Positions 28,200-36,991 of a stretch of 64,000 nucleotides of DNA are shown here, one piece after another. The position numbers and the translations under genes are program-made. Origin of the DNA: Candidatus Iainarchaeum sp. (lineage in GTDB: Archaea; Iainarchaeota; Iainarchaeia; Iainarchaeales; UBA10219); the NCBI GenBank assembly GCA_018304425.1, contig JAGVWE010000002.1, positions 352,001 to 416,000 on the forward strand. Reading direction: 5' to 3'. The notes under the pieces are model-generated. The model made no database searches. It worked only from the letters and a program-made list of their open reading frames with translations, and had not been told where the DNA came from. Numbering within the stretch: the first letter of the stretch is position 1; each line of letters starts with the position of its first letter.

Positions 28200-29411
28200 T
28201 TAACCCCAGACCGGGACGTTGAACTTCTTCACGGCCTTGACCACTGCTTTGGCCACGACGCTGGCTACGCCTTTTTCAAGCGAGTAGGGAACGATGCGGT
28301 CTGCCGTTGGCTTTTTCACGCAGCCGGCGAGGGCCATGGAAGCGGCTTCCCGCATTTCCATGGTTACTTTCATGGCATGCGAGTCCAGCGCGCCCCTGAA
28401 CAGGCCCGGAAAAGCGAGCACGTTATTGACTTGGTTGGGGTAATCGCTTCGCCCCGTGGCAATGACGGCGGCCCCTCCCTTCTTGGCTTCCCCTGGCAGG
28501 ATTTCCGGCGCTGGATTCGCCATAGCAAAGACAATGGCCTTCCGGGCCATGGACGCAATGTGCTTGTGGTTTAGGAGATTGGCTACGCTGACCCCGATGA
28601 AGACATCCGCGTCCACCAAGGCCTCTTCCAGGGTCTGCGCGTTGGAATGGTTATTGGTGTAGGCGAGCGCGGCCTGCTTGTAGGGGTTCAAGTCGGTGCG
28701 GCCACGGTGCACGGCCCCCTTGCTGTCGCAAAGAATAACCTCCTTGACCGGGGGTAGGATGGCCTCGGTTTGGCCGATGTTCAACAAGACCCGGGCAATG
28801 TCCAAGCCGGCGGCGCCTGCGCCTGAGATGGCGACCTTGAGCTCGCCCATGTCCTTCTTCACGACTTTGAGCGCATTGATGAGCGCGGCGTAAACGACGG
28901 TTGAAGTGCCATGCTGGTCGTCGTGCATGACCGGGATGCCCAGGTCCTGCAATTGGGTCTCGACCTCAAAGCAACGGGGCGCGGAAATATCTTCCAGGTT
29001 GATGCCGCCAAAAACCGGTGAGATAAGCCTGATTGTTTCGACCAGCTTGGCCGGGTCCTGCGAATCGATGCACACGGGAAAGGCATCGATGCCGGCGAAT
29101 TCCTTGAATAAGATGGCCTTGCCCTCCATAACCGGTAGGGCGGCTTTTGCCCCAATATTGCCCAGGCCAAGCACGGCTGAGCCATCGGAGATCACGGCCA
29201 CGCAGTTGCCCTTAATAGTGTAATCGTAGAGCCGCTGGGGGTTCTTCTGGATTTCCAGGCATGGCTGCGCGACGCCCGGCGTGTAGGCCAGGGAGAGGTC
29301 GCGCTTGGACTTCAGCTTGACCTTTGACTGAATGGAAAGCTTGCCACGCAAGCGCCGGTGGAACTTTAGGGAGGCCTGGTAAACATCCACGGTTTCACCG
29401 CACGCCTTCAC
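28200..29411 (-). CDS. NAD(P)-dependent malic enzyme
   Basis: LAYTPGVA, DGSAVLGLG, PVMEGK, NLEDI, HDDQHGT, NQVNNVLAFPG. Confidence 0.93.
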   Translation of the reverse strand: MKACGETVDVYQASLKFHRRLRGKLSIQSKVKLKSKRDLSLAYTPGVAQPCLEIQKNPQRLYDYTIKGNCVAVISDGSAVLGLGNIGAKAALPVMEGKAILFKEFAGIDAFPVCIDSQDPAKLVETIRLISPVFGGINLEDISAPRCFEVETQLQDLGIPVMHDDQHGTSTVVYAALINALKVVKKDMGELKVAISGAGAAGLDIARVLLNIGQTEAILPPVKEVILCDSKGAVHRGRTDLNPYKQAALAYTNNHSNAQTLEEALVDADVFIGVSVANLLNHKHIASMARKAIVFAMANPAPEILPGEAKKGGAAVIATGRSDYPNQVNNVLAFPGLFRGALDSHAMKVTMEMREAASMALAGCVKKPTADRIVPYSLEKGVASVVAKAVVKAVKKFNVPVWG

Positions 29412-29638
29412 ATGCCCAACGCTTTCTTGAGCGCTTCCTTGTCAAAACCAATGATGATCTTTCCGTTCACGTCAATGACCGGAACGCCGTTCTGCCCAGA
29501 CTTTTCAATCATTTCCTTGGCTGCCCTCGAATCGGCGGCCACATTGATGTCCGAAAAAGCGACCTTGCTGGCTTTCAAGAAATCCTTCGCCAAGTGGCAA
29601 TAAGGGCATGTGGGCGTAGAATAAACGGTTACCTTCAT
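29408..29638 (-). CDS. Glutaredoxin/NrdH-like protein (second copy)
   Basis: CPYC, SGQNGVPVI. Confidence 0.9.
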   Translation of the reverse strand: MKVTVYSTPTCPYCHLAKDFLKASKVAFSDINVAADSRAAKEMIEKSGQNGVPVIDVNGKIIIGFDKEALKKALGM

Positions 29639-29767
29639 GGTGTTCCCTCCTGTTAGCTAACCCAATAGAATAGGGGGGAAAACATTAAATAAAAGAGGCC
29701 CCCCGTCCATTGAATAACCAAGACAACAAAGCTTAAATTATGGTTTTACCACGCTTTTCTTGATTTT

Positions 29768-30403
29768 ATGCGCGGCTCTGCCTGGGGGTGTCTACTGGTT
29801 TTATTGGTTTTTATCACGGGCTGCGTGGTGGAAATAAACGAAGCCACCCAACCACAAGCCCCTGCAGGCGATGAAAAAAGCGTGGAACCCAAAATTGTGC
29901 AACCAGTGGACCCTACCCCAAAACGGCCCTGGAACCCGAGAAAAACCCCGCCGCCAGCCGCAGTCCCGGAACCAGCACCAACCAACGTTGAAACCGGGAA
30001 ACCGCCTGCTGCCGAGCCCCCACCGGAAGAAACCCCGGCGCCCGCCCCCGTGGAAGAAGAACCCAGTGTGGAACCGGCCGCCGAAGAAGGCAAGCCCAAA
30101 CTACGCCCAAAAGAAATAACGCTTTACATGGCTGCCTGGTCCTATAACCCGAAAGAGATAACCGTGGTCCAAGGCGATTTGGTGCGGCTGAACCTGAAAT
30201 CGAACAGCAACGGTTACGGGGATGGCATCGGCTTCAAGGTGGAGGGGCTACCGGTTACGGCCCTGGTCAAGAAAGGTGAAACCAAGACCGTGGAGTTCGT
30301 GGCAGAAAGTGCGGGCACGTTTGTATTCACTTGTGGGACCCCCTGTGGACCCGGGCACATAGCGGACATGATGGGAAAAATCATCGTCATTGGCGGGAAC
30401 TAA
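29768..30403 (+). CDS. Cupredoxin-domain lipoprotein
   Basis: Lipobox ITGC, Pro/Glu linker, CGTPCGPGHIADM. Confidence 0.8.
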   Translation: MRGSAWGCLLVLLVFITGCVVEINEATQPQAPAGDEKSVEPKIVQPVDPTPKRPWNPRKTPPPAAVPEPAPTNVETGKPPAAEPPPEETPAPAPVEEEPSVEPAAEEGKPKLRPKEITLYMAAWSYNPKEITVVQGDLVRLNLKSNSNGYGDGIGFKVEGLPVTALVKKGETKTVEFVAESAGTFVFTCGTPCGPGHIADMMGKIIVIGGN

Positions 30404-31798
30404 ATGCCTGGAACCGCTTCACTCGAACCCTTTTTCTCGCCCCAAAGCGTGGCAGTCATCGGCGCTTCAAGGACCCCGGGCAAAATCGGGTATGCGGTGT
30501 CGGAAAACCTCATAAAGGCCGGTTTCAAGGGAAAACTGTTCCTGGTCAACCCCCAGGCAGAAGAAATCCTTGGCCGCCCCTGCGTGAAAAGCGTTTCCCA
30601 ACTCAATGGAATCGACCTGGGAATTGTATGCGTGCCCGCTGAACTCGTGCCAGGCATCGTCGCCGAATGCGGGAAAAAACGGTTTAAAGCGCTGGTAATC
30701 ATCAGCTCCGGGTTCGACGAAATAGGGAACCAGGAATTGACCGAAAAACTCAGGCGAGCCCTGCGCCCCTTCCCAACCATGCGCGTCATTGGCCCCAATT
30801 GCCTGGGCATCATGAACATGAAAAACCGTGTGGACAGCCTCTTCCTCCCCGAATACCGGCTGAAGCGGCCGAAACCCGGCGGCATTTCATTCATTTCCCA
30901 GAGCGGGGCCGTTGGCTCGGCCATCCTGGACTGGGCCTCCATGATGGACTATGGGGTGGGGAAATTCATTTCCTATGGAAACGCCTTGGACATCGATGAA
31001 ACGGATTTGCTTACTTACTTGGTGAATGACCCGGAGACCAAGGTCATTGTCCTTTACTTGGAAGGCGTGAAATCTGGGCGAAAATTCTTTGAAGCCGCAA
31101 AAAAGCTGGCTTGGAAGAAGCCGGTCATTGTGCTCAAAGGAGGCATAACGGCCGAAGGTGGAAAGGCGGCCGGAAGCCATACTGGGAGCCTGGCTGGCAG
31201 CGCCCAAGTGTATGCCGCTGCATTCAAGCAAACTGGCATGATTCCAGCAGGCTGCCTCCAAGACTTGTTTGACTATGCCCGGACTTTCATCCATGCACCG
31301 GAAGCCAGGGGAAAACGGGTGCAAATCATAACCGATGGTGGGGGCTACGGCGTGGTGGCTGCGGACGCGGTTGCCTTAAATGGGTTGCAACTCGCCAACA
31401 TGCAGGAAAGCGCTCTGGCCGCCATGCGAAAGCAGATGCCAAGCTACGTGGTGCTCAAAAACCCCCTAGACCTCACGGGGGGAACTAGCAATGAATGGTA
31501 TGGCCTGGCATTGGGTGCGGCGCTAACCGACAAAAACGTGGACCTGATTGCCTTGATCATTCTCTTCCAAGTGCCTAACCTTACATCGGATGTCGTGCAA
31601 GTCATCTCAAACCTGAACGCACGCAAAACCAAGCCCTTGACCGTCATCTCCGTTGGCGGCGAATTCTCGGAAGTCCACAAAAGGGCCATGGAACACGACG
31701 GCATCGTCACCTTCTCCTACCCCGAGAATGCCATCCGCTCGCTCAAGGCGTTGGCCGACTTCTACGAATTCCAGCGAAAAAAGAAAAGAAAGCCTTGA
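30404..31798 (+). CDS. acdA: Acetate--CoA ligase (ADP-forming) alpha subunit
   Basis: PQSVAVIGAS, GPNCLG, SQSG, phospho-His SHTGSLAG, NPLDL. Confidence 0.9.
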   Translation: MPGTASLEPFFSPQSVAVIGASRTPGKIGYAVSENLIKAGFKGKLFLVNPQAEEILGRPCVKSVSQLNGIDLGIVCVPAELVPGIVAECGKKRFKALVIISSGFDEIGNQELTEKLRRALRPFPTMRVIGPNCLGIMNMKNRVDSLFLPEYRLKRPKPGGISFISQSGAVGSAILDWASMMDYGVGKFISYGNALDIDETDLLTYLVNDPETKVIVLYLEGVKSGRKFFEAAKKLAWKKPVIVLKGGITAEGGKAAGSHTGSLAGSAQVYAAAFKQTGMIPAGCLQDLFDYARTFIHAPEARGKRVQIITDGGGYGVVAADAVALNGLQLANMQESALAAMRKQMPSYVVLKNPLDLTGGTSNEWYGLALGAALTDKNVDLIALIILFQVPNLTSDVVQVISNLNARKTKPLTVISVGGEFSEVHKRAMEHDGIVTFSYPENAIRSLKALADFYEFQRKKKRKP

Positions 31799-32476
31799 CT
31801 ATTGAGCGGACTCGATGGCGGCTTTGAAGTCGTCATAGGTTCGGTCTGAAAGCATCCGGCCGTTGACGAAGAACGTGGGCGTGCCCTGGATGCCAAGTGA
31901 GGAACCATCCGCCAAGTCCTTCTTGATTTCGTCCAGGTGCTTGGAAGAGTCAAGGCAGGCATCGAACTGGGTTGAGACTAGGCCCAGGTCAGCGGCGTAC
32001 TTTTTGAGATTCTCGTCCGAAAAGGCCGGCTGCCGCTCAAACAACACGTCATGATACGCCCAGAACTTGCCCTGCTCATTGGCGCAATTGGCGGCCAAAG
32101 CCGCCTTACAGGCAAATGGGTGGAGCTGCCGCTGCAAGGCCGGATTGCAACCCATGTCCAGCGGAAAGTCACGATAGACCAACCGCACCCGGTCCTTGAA
32201 ATCAGCCAACACCTTTTTCACGGTGGGCTCGGCGGCCTTGCAAGCCGGGCACTGGAAGTCAGAAAATTCAACGATGACGGCTTTGGCCTCCTTAGGGCCG
32301 ATGAACGGGTCATCGTCTTCCAGGTTCGCGGTGACCAACGGTGGCACGGGCTTGCTGAAAAAATTGAAGTATAAGACCACCAACAAGAGCAGGACCAAGG
32401 CACCAATGAAGTAATTCGTGTAATCCGTCTTTTCCTTTACCGCCTTCGCCGATTTCATCTTCTTCAACCGCGTCAT
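31799..32476 (-). CDS. DsbA family thiol-disulfide oxidoreductase
   Basis: N-terminal TM helix, EFSDFQCPAC, GTPTFFVNG. Confidence 0.92.
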   Translation of the reverse strand: MTRLKKMKSAKAVKEKTDYTNYFIGALVLLLLVVLYFNFFSKPVPPLVTANLEDDDPFIGPKEAKAVIVEFSDFQCPACKAAEPTVKKVLADFKDRVRLVYRDFPLDMGCNPALQRQLHPFACKAALAANCANEQGKFWAYHDVLFERQPAFSDENLKKYAADLGLVSTQFDACLDSSKHLDEIKKDLADGSSLGIQGTPTFFVNGRMLSDRTYDDFKAAIESAQ

Positions 32477-32507
32477 TGCAATGACCTTCCTACGTCACAT
32501 TTAAAAT

Positions 32508-33206
32508 TCAAGCATGCAAGCCCTTGCACAATTCCGCCAAAGCCCTAGCAGGGGAAGCCGCCCGAACAACGCCTGAAGCAACGAAAACGCCCGAAGTACC
32601 CAGTTCAAGGGCTTTCTCGACGTCTGCCCCTGACTTGATGCCCGCCCCGGTAATGACGCATATAGCCGGATTTACGGATTTAACAGCTGAAACCGTGGAA
32701 GCGATGACTTCCGGCTTGGCCGTTGAAACCGAAACATTTCCACCAATGAGTTCAGGCGGTTCCACCGCGACAAAGTCCGGTGAAAAGGCCGCTACCTCTC
32801 GCGCCCTAGCCGTAGTCTCGGCACAAACCATGACCAGGAGGCCGGCCGCATGCGCACGGGCAATGGCTGCCTGAATAAAGTCGTTGGAACGCTTGTTTTC
32901 CGCGTGATTGAGGATGGTGCCCTTGGCGCCAGCCTGCCTGACCCCTTCAGGCAGGATGTGACCGGTGCAGGCACCAAAAGAAACGGGGTCCAGGTGCTGG
33001 GCAAACACAGGCAAGGAAACGGCGCGCGAAACCGGGAAAAGGTCTGGGGCCTGCACTACCAAGGCAATGGTGGTTTTTGTTTTCCTGGCCACCTTCTCCG
33101 CCAACCTGGCCAGGGCCAATGCCTGCTTACCAGTGGCCTCGGCATAGGCCTTGAAGTTTAGGAAAAGAACCGGTGTTCCCAGCCTTGCACGCTTCGGGGG
33201 CCCCAT
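32508..33206 (-). CDS. tpiA: Triosephosphate isomerase (archaeal type)
   Basis: NFKAY, AQH, LNHAE, AVEPPELIG, GAGI. Confidence 0.95.
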   Translation of the reverse strand: MGPPKRARLGTPVLFLNFKAYAEATGKQALALARLAEKVARKTKTTIALVVQAPDLFPVSRAVSLPVFAQHLDPVSFGACTGHILPEGVRQAGAKGTILNHAENKRSNDFIQAAIARAHAAGLLVMVCAETTARAREVAAFSPDFVAVEPPELIGGNVSVSTAKPEVIASTVSAVKSVNPAICVITGAGIKSGADVEKALELGTSGVFVASGVVRAASPARALAELCKGLHA

Positions 33207-33257
33207 ACAAGCGTTACTGCACCATATGCCTTAAATACCCTCGGCGGCAACGGTTTT

Positions 33258-35147
33258 ATGGGCATGGCTCCGCCTAAAACAATTTTAGCTGGGTTAAAGG
33301 AACGAGTAAAGGCCTATCAATCGGACGCTGATTTCAGGCTAATAGAGCGAGCCGTGGACCTGGCAAGCGAAGCGCTCAAGGAAAGAGCGAGCGAAAAACT
33401 TGCCCCCTCGGTGGATGTCGCCGGGCTGCTTGCCGACCTTCGCCTCGGCGAAAAAACCCTTGCCGCGGAACTGGTGCAGCCCTGCCTACTGGAAGGCACC
33501 CTAGACCGGAAACGCATCGAAGCCGAACTTGGCAGGGAAGCCGCTGACCTCGCGTGGGAACTGGCAAAAACAAACGTTGCCCTCGCGGAAGGCAACCCGG
33601 AAAAAACGGGGCGGTTACTGCTCGCCCTAACCCATGATTTCCGGCTTGTTCTGATGGCCTTGACCGAGCGCAGGGTGCTCCTTGAACGCACGCTGCGCGC
33701 AAAAGCCGATGCCCGAGACCTGGCCTCGGAAGTCCTTGAAAACTATGCCCCCTTGGCGGAAAAGCTTGGGGTGTATTCCCTGCGATGTGCGCTCGAAGAC
33801 ATGGCATTCAAGGCGCTGCATCCAGAGCAATACCTGGAACTGGAGTCCAGGCTCCGGCAAAGCGAAAAAAGCCGGGAACGGGAATTAGAGACCGCCATAG
33901 AAACCCTGTCCGCAGAGCTGGCGCGGACAAAAATTGAGGCCAGGGTCGAAAGCCGGTTCAAGCACTTGTATGGAACGTACTCGAAGATGAAACGAAAAGG
34001 CATCCCCCTCGAACAAGTGTATGACCTCAATGCGGTGCGGGTGATAACCCACTCGCTGGAAGCCTGTTACACCGTGCTCGGCATCGTGCACGCCCTGTGG
34101 AAGCCCATCCCCGACCAGTTCGATGACTACATCGCGAAACCCAAGCAGAACTATTACCAATCACTGCACACGGCAGTTCTAAGCGGGAAGGGTATGCCCT
34201 TTGAGGTCCAGATCCGCACGGAAGAAATGCACAATTTCGCCGAATACGGGGTTGCTGCCCACTGGCGGTACAAGGGAGCCAAAGAAGCCAAACACCACGA
34301 CCAGAAGCTTGAATTGATTCGGCAAGTCATTCACTGGGCGGCGAAAGCGGATGGTAGCACTCCAACCGAAGGAATGAAAGTGCAGTTGTTCGGGAACCAG
34401 ATAAACGTTTTCACCCCAAAAGGAGACACCATTTCGCTGTGCAGGGGCGCAACCGCGTTGGACTTCGCCTACGCCATCCACTCAGACCTTGGCAACAAGG
34501 CCTACCAGGTTAAAATCAACGGGAAACTGGCTTCCCTCGAACACGAGTTGTCCGCTGGCGACACCGTTGAAATACTTACATCAGCCAAACAAACCCCCAA
34601 ACGCGCCTGGCTTGCGATGGCCAAAACCGAGAAAGCCAGGAAAAAAATCATGCAAGCCATCCACCTGCAAAAAGGGGCTGCGCCGCCCAGTCCCATCCAG
34701 GGAAAGGGAATGGCTATCAAGATAACAGGCAAGCAAAAAAACGTGAAACTGGCTGGATGCTGCAAGCCATTACCCAGCGACCGCGTCGTTGGTTACCGGA
34801 CAACGAAACGGAAACTCATCGTGCATTCCGTGACCTGCCAGGAGTTAGCCAAACAAAAAGAGTTGGGCCGGTTAGTGAATGTGGATTGGGGAAAGCGTGT
34901 CGGTGGCAAATACTCGCTTGAATTGAAGGTGTTTGCCGCTGACCGCCCTAGTCTGCTTGTCGACCTGCTGAATGTAATCTCCGGCGAAAAGGCAAACGTC
35001 AAGGCGGCCAACACGAAAACCTCTTCAAAGGGAACCGCGCTGTCAGTTTTTGTCATGGAACACACGGATATGGCGCGCCTTGAAAAAATAGTGGAAGGCC
35101 TAAAAAGGATCCGCGGCGTAAAAGAAGTCACGCTGGTCGGCTCCTAA
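33258..35147 (+). CDS. Long RelA/SpoT homologue (degenerate HD, SYNTH, TGS, ZFD, ACT)
   Basis: RFKHLYG, YDLNAVRV, QFDDYI, YQSLHT, EVQIRT, AAHWRYK, VFTPKG, DFAYAIH, CCKP...HSVTC, ACT domain. Confidence 0.92.
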   Translation: MGMAPPKTILAGLKERVKAYQSDADFRLIERAVDLASEALKERASEKLAPSVDVAGLLADLRLGEKTLAAELVQPCLLEGTLDRKRIEAELGREAADLAWELAKTNVALAEGNPEKTGRLLLALTHDFRLVLMALTERRVLLERTLRAKADARDLASEVLENYAPLAEKLGVYSLRCALEDMAFKALHPEQYLELESRLRQSEKSRERELETAIETLSAELARTKIEARVESRFKHLYGTYSKMKRKGIPLEQVYDLNAVRVITHSLEACYTVLGIVHALWKPIPDQFDDYIAKPKQNYYQSLHTAVLSGKGMPFEVQIRTEEMHNFAEYGVAAHWRYKGAKEAKHHDQKLELIRQVIHWAAKADGSTPTEGMKVQLFGNQINVFTPKGDTISLCRGATALDFAYAIHSDLGNKAYQVKINGKLASLEHELSAGDTVEILTSAKQTPKRAWLAMAKTEKARKKIMQAIHLQKGAAPPSPIQGKGMAIKITGKQKNVKLAGCCKPLPSDRVVGYRTTKRKLIVHSVTCQELAKQKELGRLVNVDWGKRVGGKYSLELKVFAADRPSLLVDLLNVISGEKANVKAANTKTSSKGTALSVFVMEHTDMARLEKIVEGLKRIRGVKEVTLVGS

Positions 35148-35194
35148 TGGGTTGTTTTTAAATAGTGGTTTGACTTACATACTGTGGTGAAGCC

Positions 35195-35923
35195 ATGCAA
35201 CGAATGCCTACAGGGATTCCTGGCTTGGATGAGTTGATGGAAGGCGGGCTGCCCCTAGGCAGAATAATCGCCGTTTTGGGCAACAGCGGCTCCGGTAGAA
35301 GCATTTTGGGCCTCCAGTGCCTCCACACCGGCGCCAAGAAGTTCTCGGAGCCCGGCCTTTATGTAACGCTTGGCGCACCTGCCGCGCAGGTCCGGCAAGA
35401 GGCACTGCGTTTCGGATGGAATTTGCGAAAGCTGGAAGAGCAAAACATGTTGCAGTTCCTTGATGGAAGCAAGACCAAGCAGGGGCTACCCGGCGAAGAA
35501 GATTTTTCCCTGCAGCCCCTGGGCTTTGACTTGGACCGGCTTCTCCTTGAAATCATGCGGACCGCCAAACGAATCGGTGCAAAACGGTTAGTTTTTGACT
35601 CCCTGCCTACGCTTGGCTTCAACTACGAACGACCGCTGGAAGTGAACCAGGCACTGTTTAAACTGGTGGAAGCCTGCCGGCGCCTGGGGGTTACAACCCT
35701 CCTAATAGGCGATAATAGCCTGGAATCTGGCAAGGGACATGAACAGGCGGTTGCGGAAACCCTGGCCGATGGCATCATAGTATTGAATCGTGGTGGCCCT
35801 GGCCAAAAGCGAACCCTCCACATCCGGAAGATGCGAGCCACGCATCACGCGGATTCACTACACACCTTGGAAATAACCGAAAATGGTGTGGCCGTGGGCC
35901 CGGCATTGAGCCCCCTGGGCTGA
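35195..35923 (+). CDS. KaiC/RAD55 family ATPase
   Basis: TGIPGLDELMEGG, GNSGSGRS, RLVFDS, ADGII, IRKMR. Confidence 0.88.
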   Translation: MQRMPTGIPGLDELMEGGLPLGRIIAVLGNSGSGRSILGLQCLHTGAKKFSEPGLYVTLGAPAAQVRQEALRFGWNLRKLEEQNMLQFLDGSKTKQGLPGEEDFSLQPLGFDLDRLLLEIMRTAKRIGAKRLVFDSLPTLGFNYERPLEVNQALFKLVEACRRLGVTTLLIGDNSLESGKGHEQAVAETLADGIIVLNRGGPGQKRTLHIRKMRATHHADSLHTLEITENGVAVGPALSPLG

Positions 35924-35928
35924 ACTGC

Positions 35929-36987
35929 TCAAAGCTTCCTTTCAATCAAATAGTCGGCGAACGCCCGCAGTGTTTCCTTGGCAGGCGAGGCGGGAAGCGA
36001 TTTTTCCACCTTTGCCCAGCTCGATTTAACCAAGGCCGAAGCCCGCTTGGCCGCATACTCGAACGCACCGGACGCGGCAATCAGTCGAATGGCTTCACGA
36101 ATGGAGGCGGGGGATTTTCTCTTTGCCTGAATGATGGTCAGCAGTCGGCGGCGCGCAACGGGAGGAGAATGCTTTACAGCGTGAATGAACACCAGGCTGC
36201 GCTTTCCTTCCACGATGTCTTCTCCGCGGTCCTTCCCCCATCCAGTAGAAGGCCGGAGATTGAGGACATCATCCTGTATCTGGAATGCGACACCCGCCGT
36301 GGCGGCAAAGCGGCCGAGCACCTTCACTTGCTTGGCTGTGCCACCCCCGAGGATGGCGCCAAGTTTTGCCGCCATGCAGGCAAGGGCCCCGGTCTTGTAC
36401 TCGCACATTTGCAGGTAATCGGCTTCGCTGACGTCCTTCTTTTTCCCGTTGTGCCAGTAGATGTCCATGGCCTGGCCAAAGGACAGCTTAAGCATCTGCT
36501 CGCAGTAAACGTCGTACACCGAGGACTTGACCTTTACATTAAGGCCTGAGCTGCCATGGAATAGGGGGTACAACGGCAAATAGTACAAGGTGTTCCCGGC
36601 ATTAAGGGCCAGGTCCAAGCCGAACTTCACGTGAACGGCCGGTTTGCCGCGCCGCTTGACCGAGCCATCTTCCACGTCGTCCACGATAAGCGTTCCGTTG
36701 TGGACGAGTTCCGGAATGGCCGCGAACTTCAAGGCCTTTTTCCGGCTGCCACCCACGGCCTCACAGCACAACACCAACAAGGCTGGCCTCCAGCGCTTTC
36801 CCCCCCTGTCCAGCAAATCCCAGGCCGGCCTTGAAACCGCTTGGGTCACCGTTTCAGCATCGAAGGCCAACTCGGGGCGCCCCAAGGCCTTGACCACCCA
36901 GGAACGGGACAGCCTGCGGGGAAGGATACGCTCCAGCTCGCGGTTGATTACTGGGGCCTGTCGCTTCAGGAAACGCTCGATGTCCAT
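35929..36987 (-). CDS. Polyprenyl (geranylgeranyl) diphosphate synthase
   Basis: GGKRWRP, VDDVEDGSVKRRG, GQAMD, YKTG, FQIQDD. Confidence 0.93.
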   Translation of the reverse strand: MDIERFLKRQAPVINRELERILPRRLSRSWVVKALGRPELAFDAETVTQAVSRPAWDLLDRGGKRWRPALLVLCCEAVGGSRKKALKFAAIPELVHNGTLIVDDVEDGSVKRRGKPAVHVKFGLDLALNAGNTLYYLPLYPLFHGSSGLNVKVKSSVYDVYCEQMLKLSFGQAMDIYWHNGKKKDVSEADYLQMCEYKTGALACMAAKLGAILGGGTAKQVKVLGRFAATAGVAFQIQDDVLNLRPSTGWGKDRGEDIVEGKRSLVFIHAVKHSPPVARRRLLTIIQAKRKSPASIREAIRLIAASGAFEYAAKRASALVKSSWAKVEKSLPASPAKETLRAFADYLIERKL

Positions 36988-36991
36988 GGAA

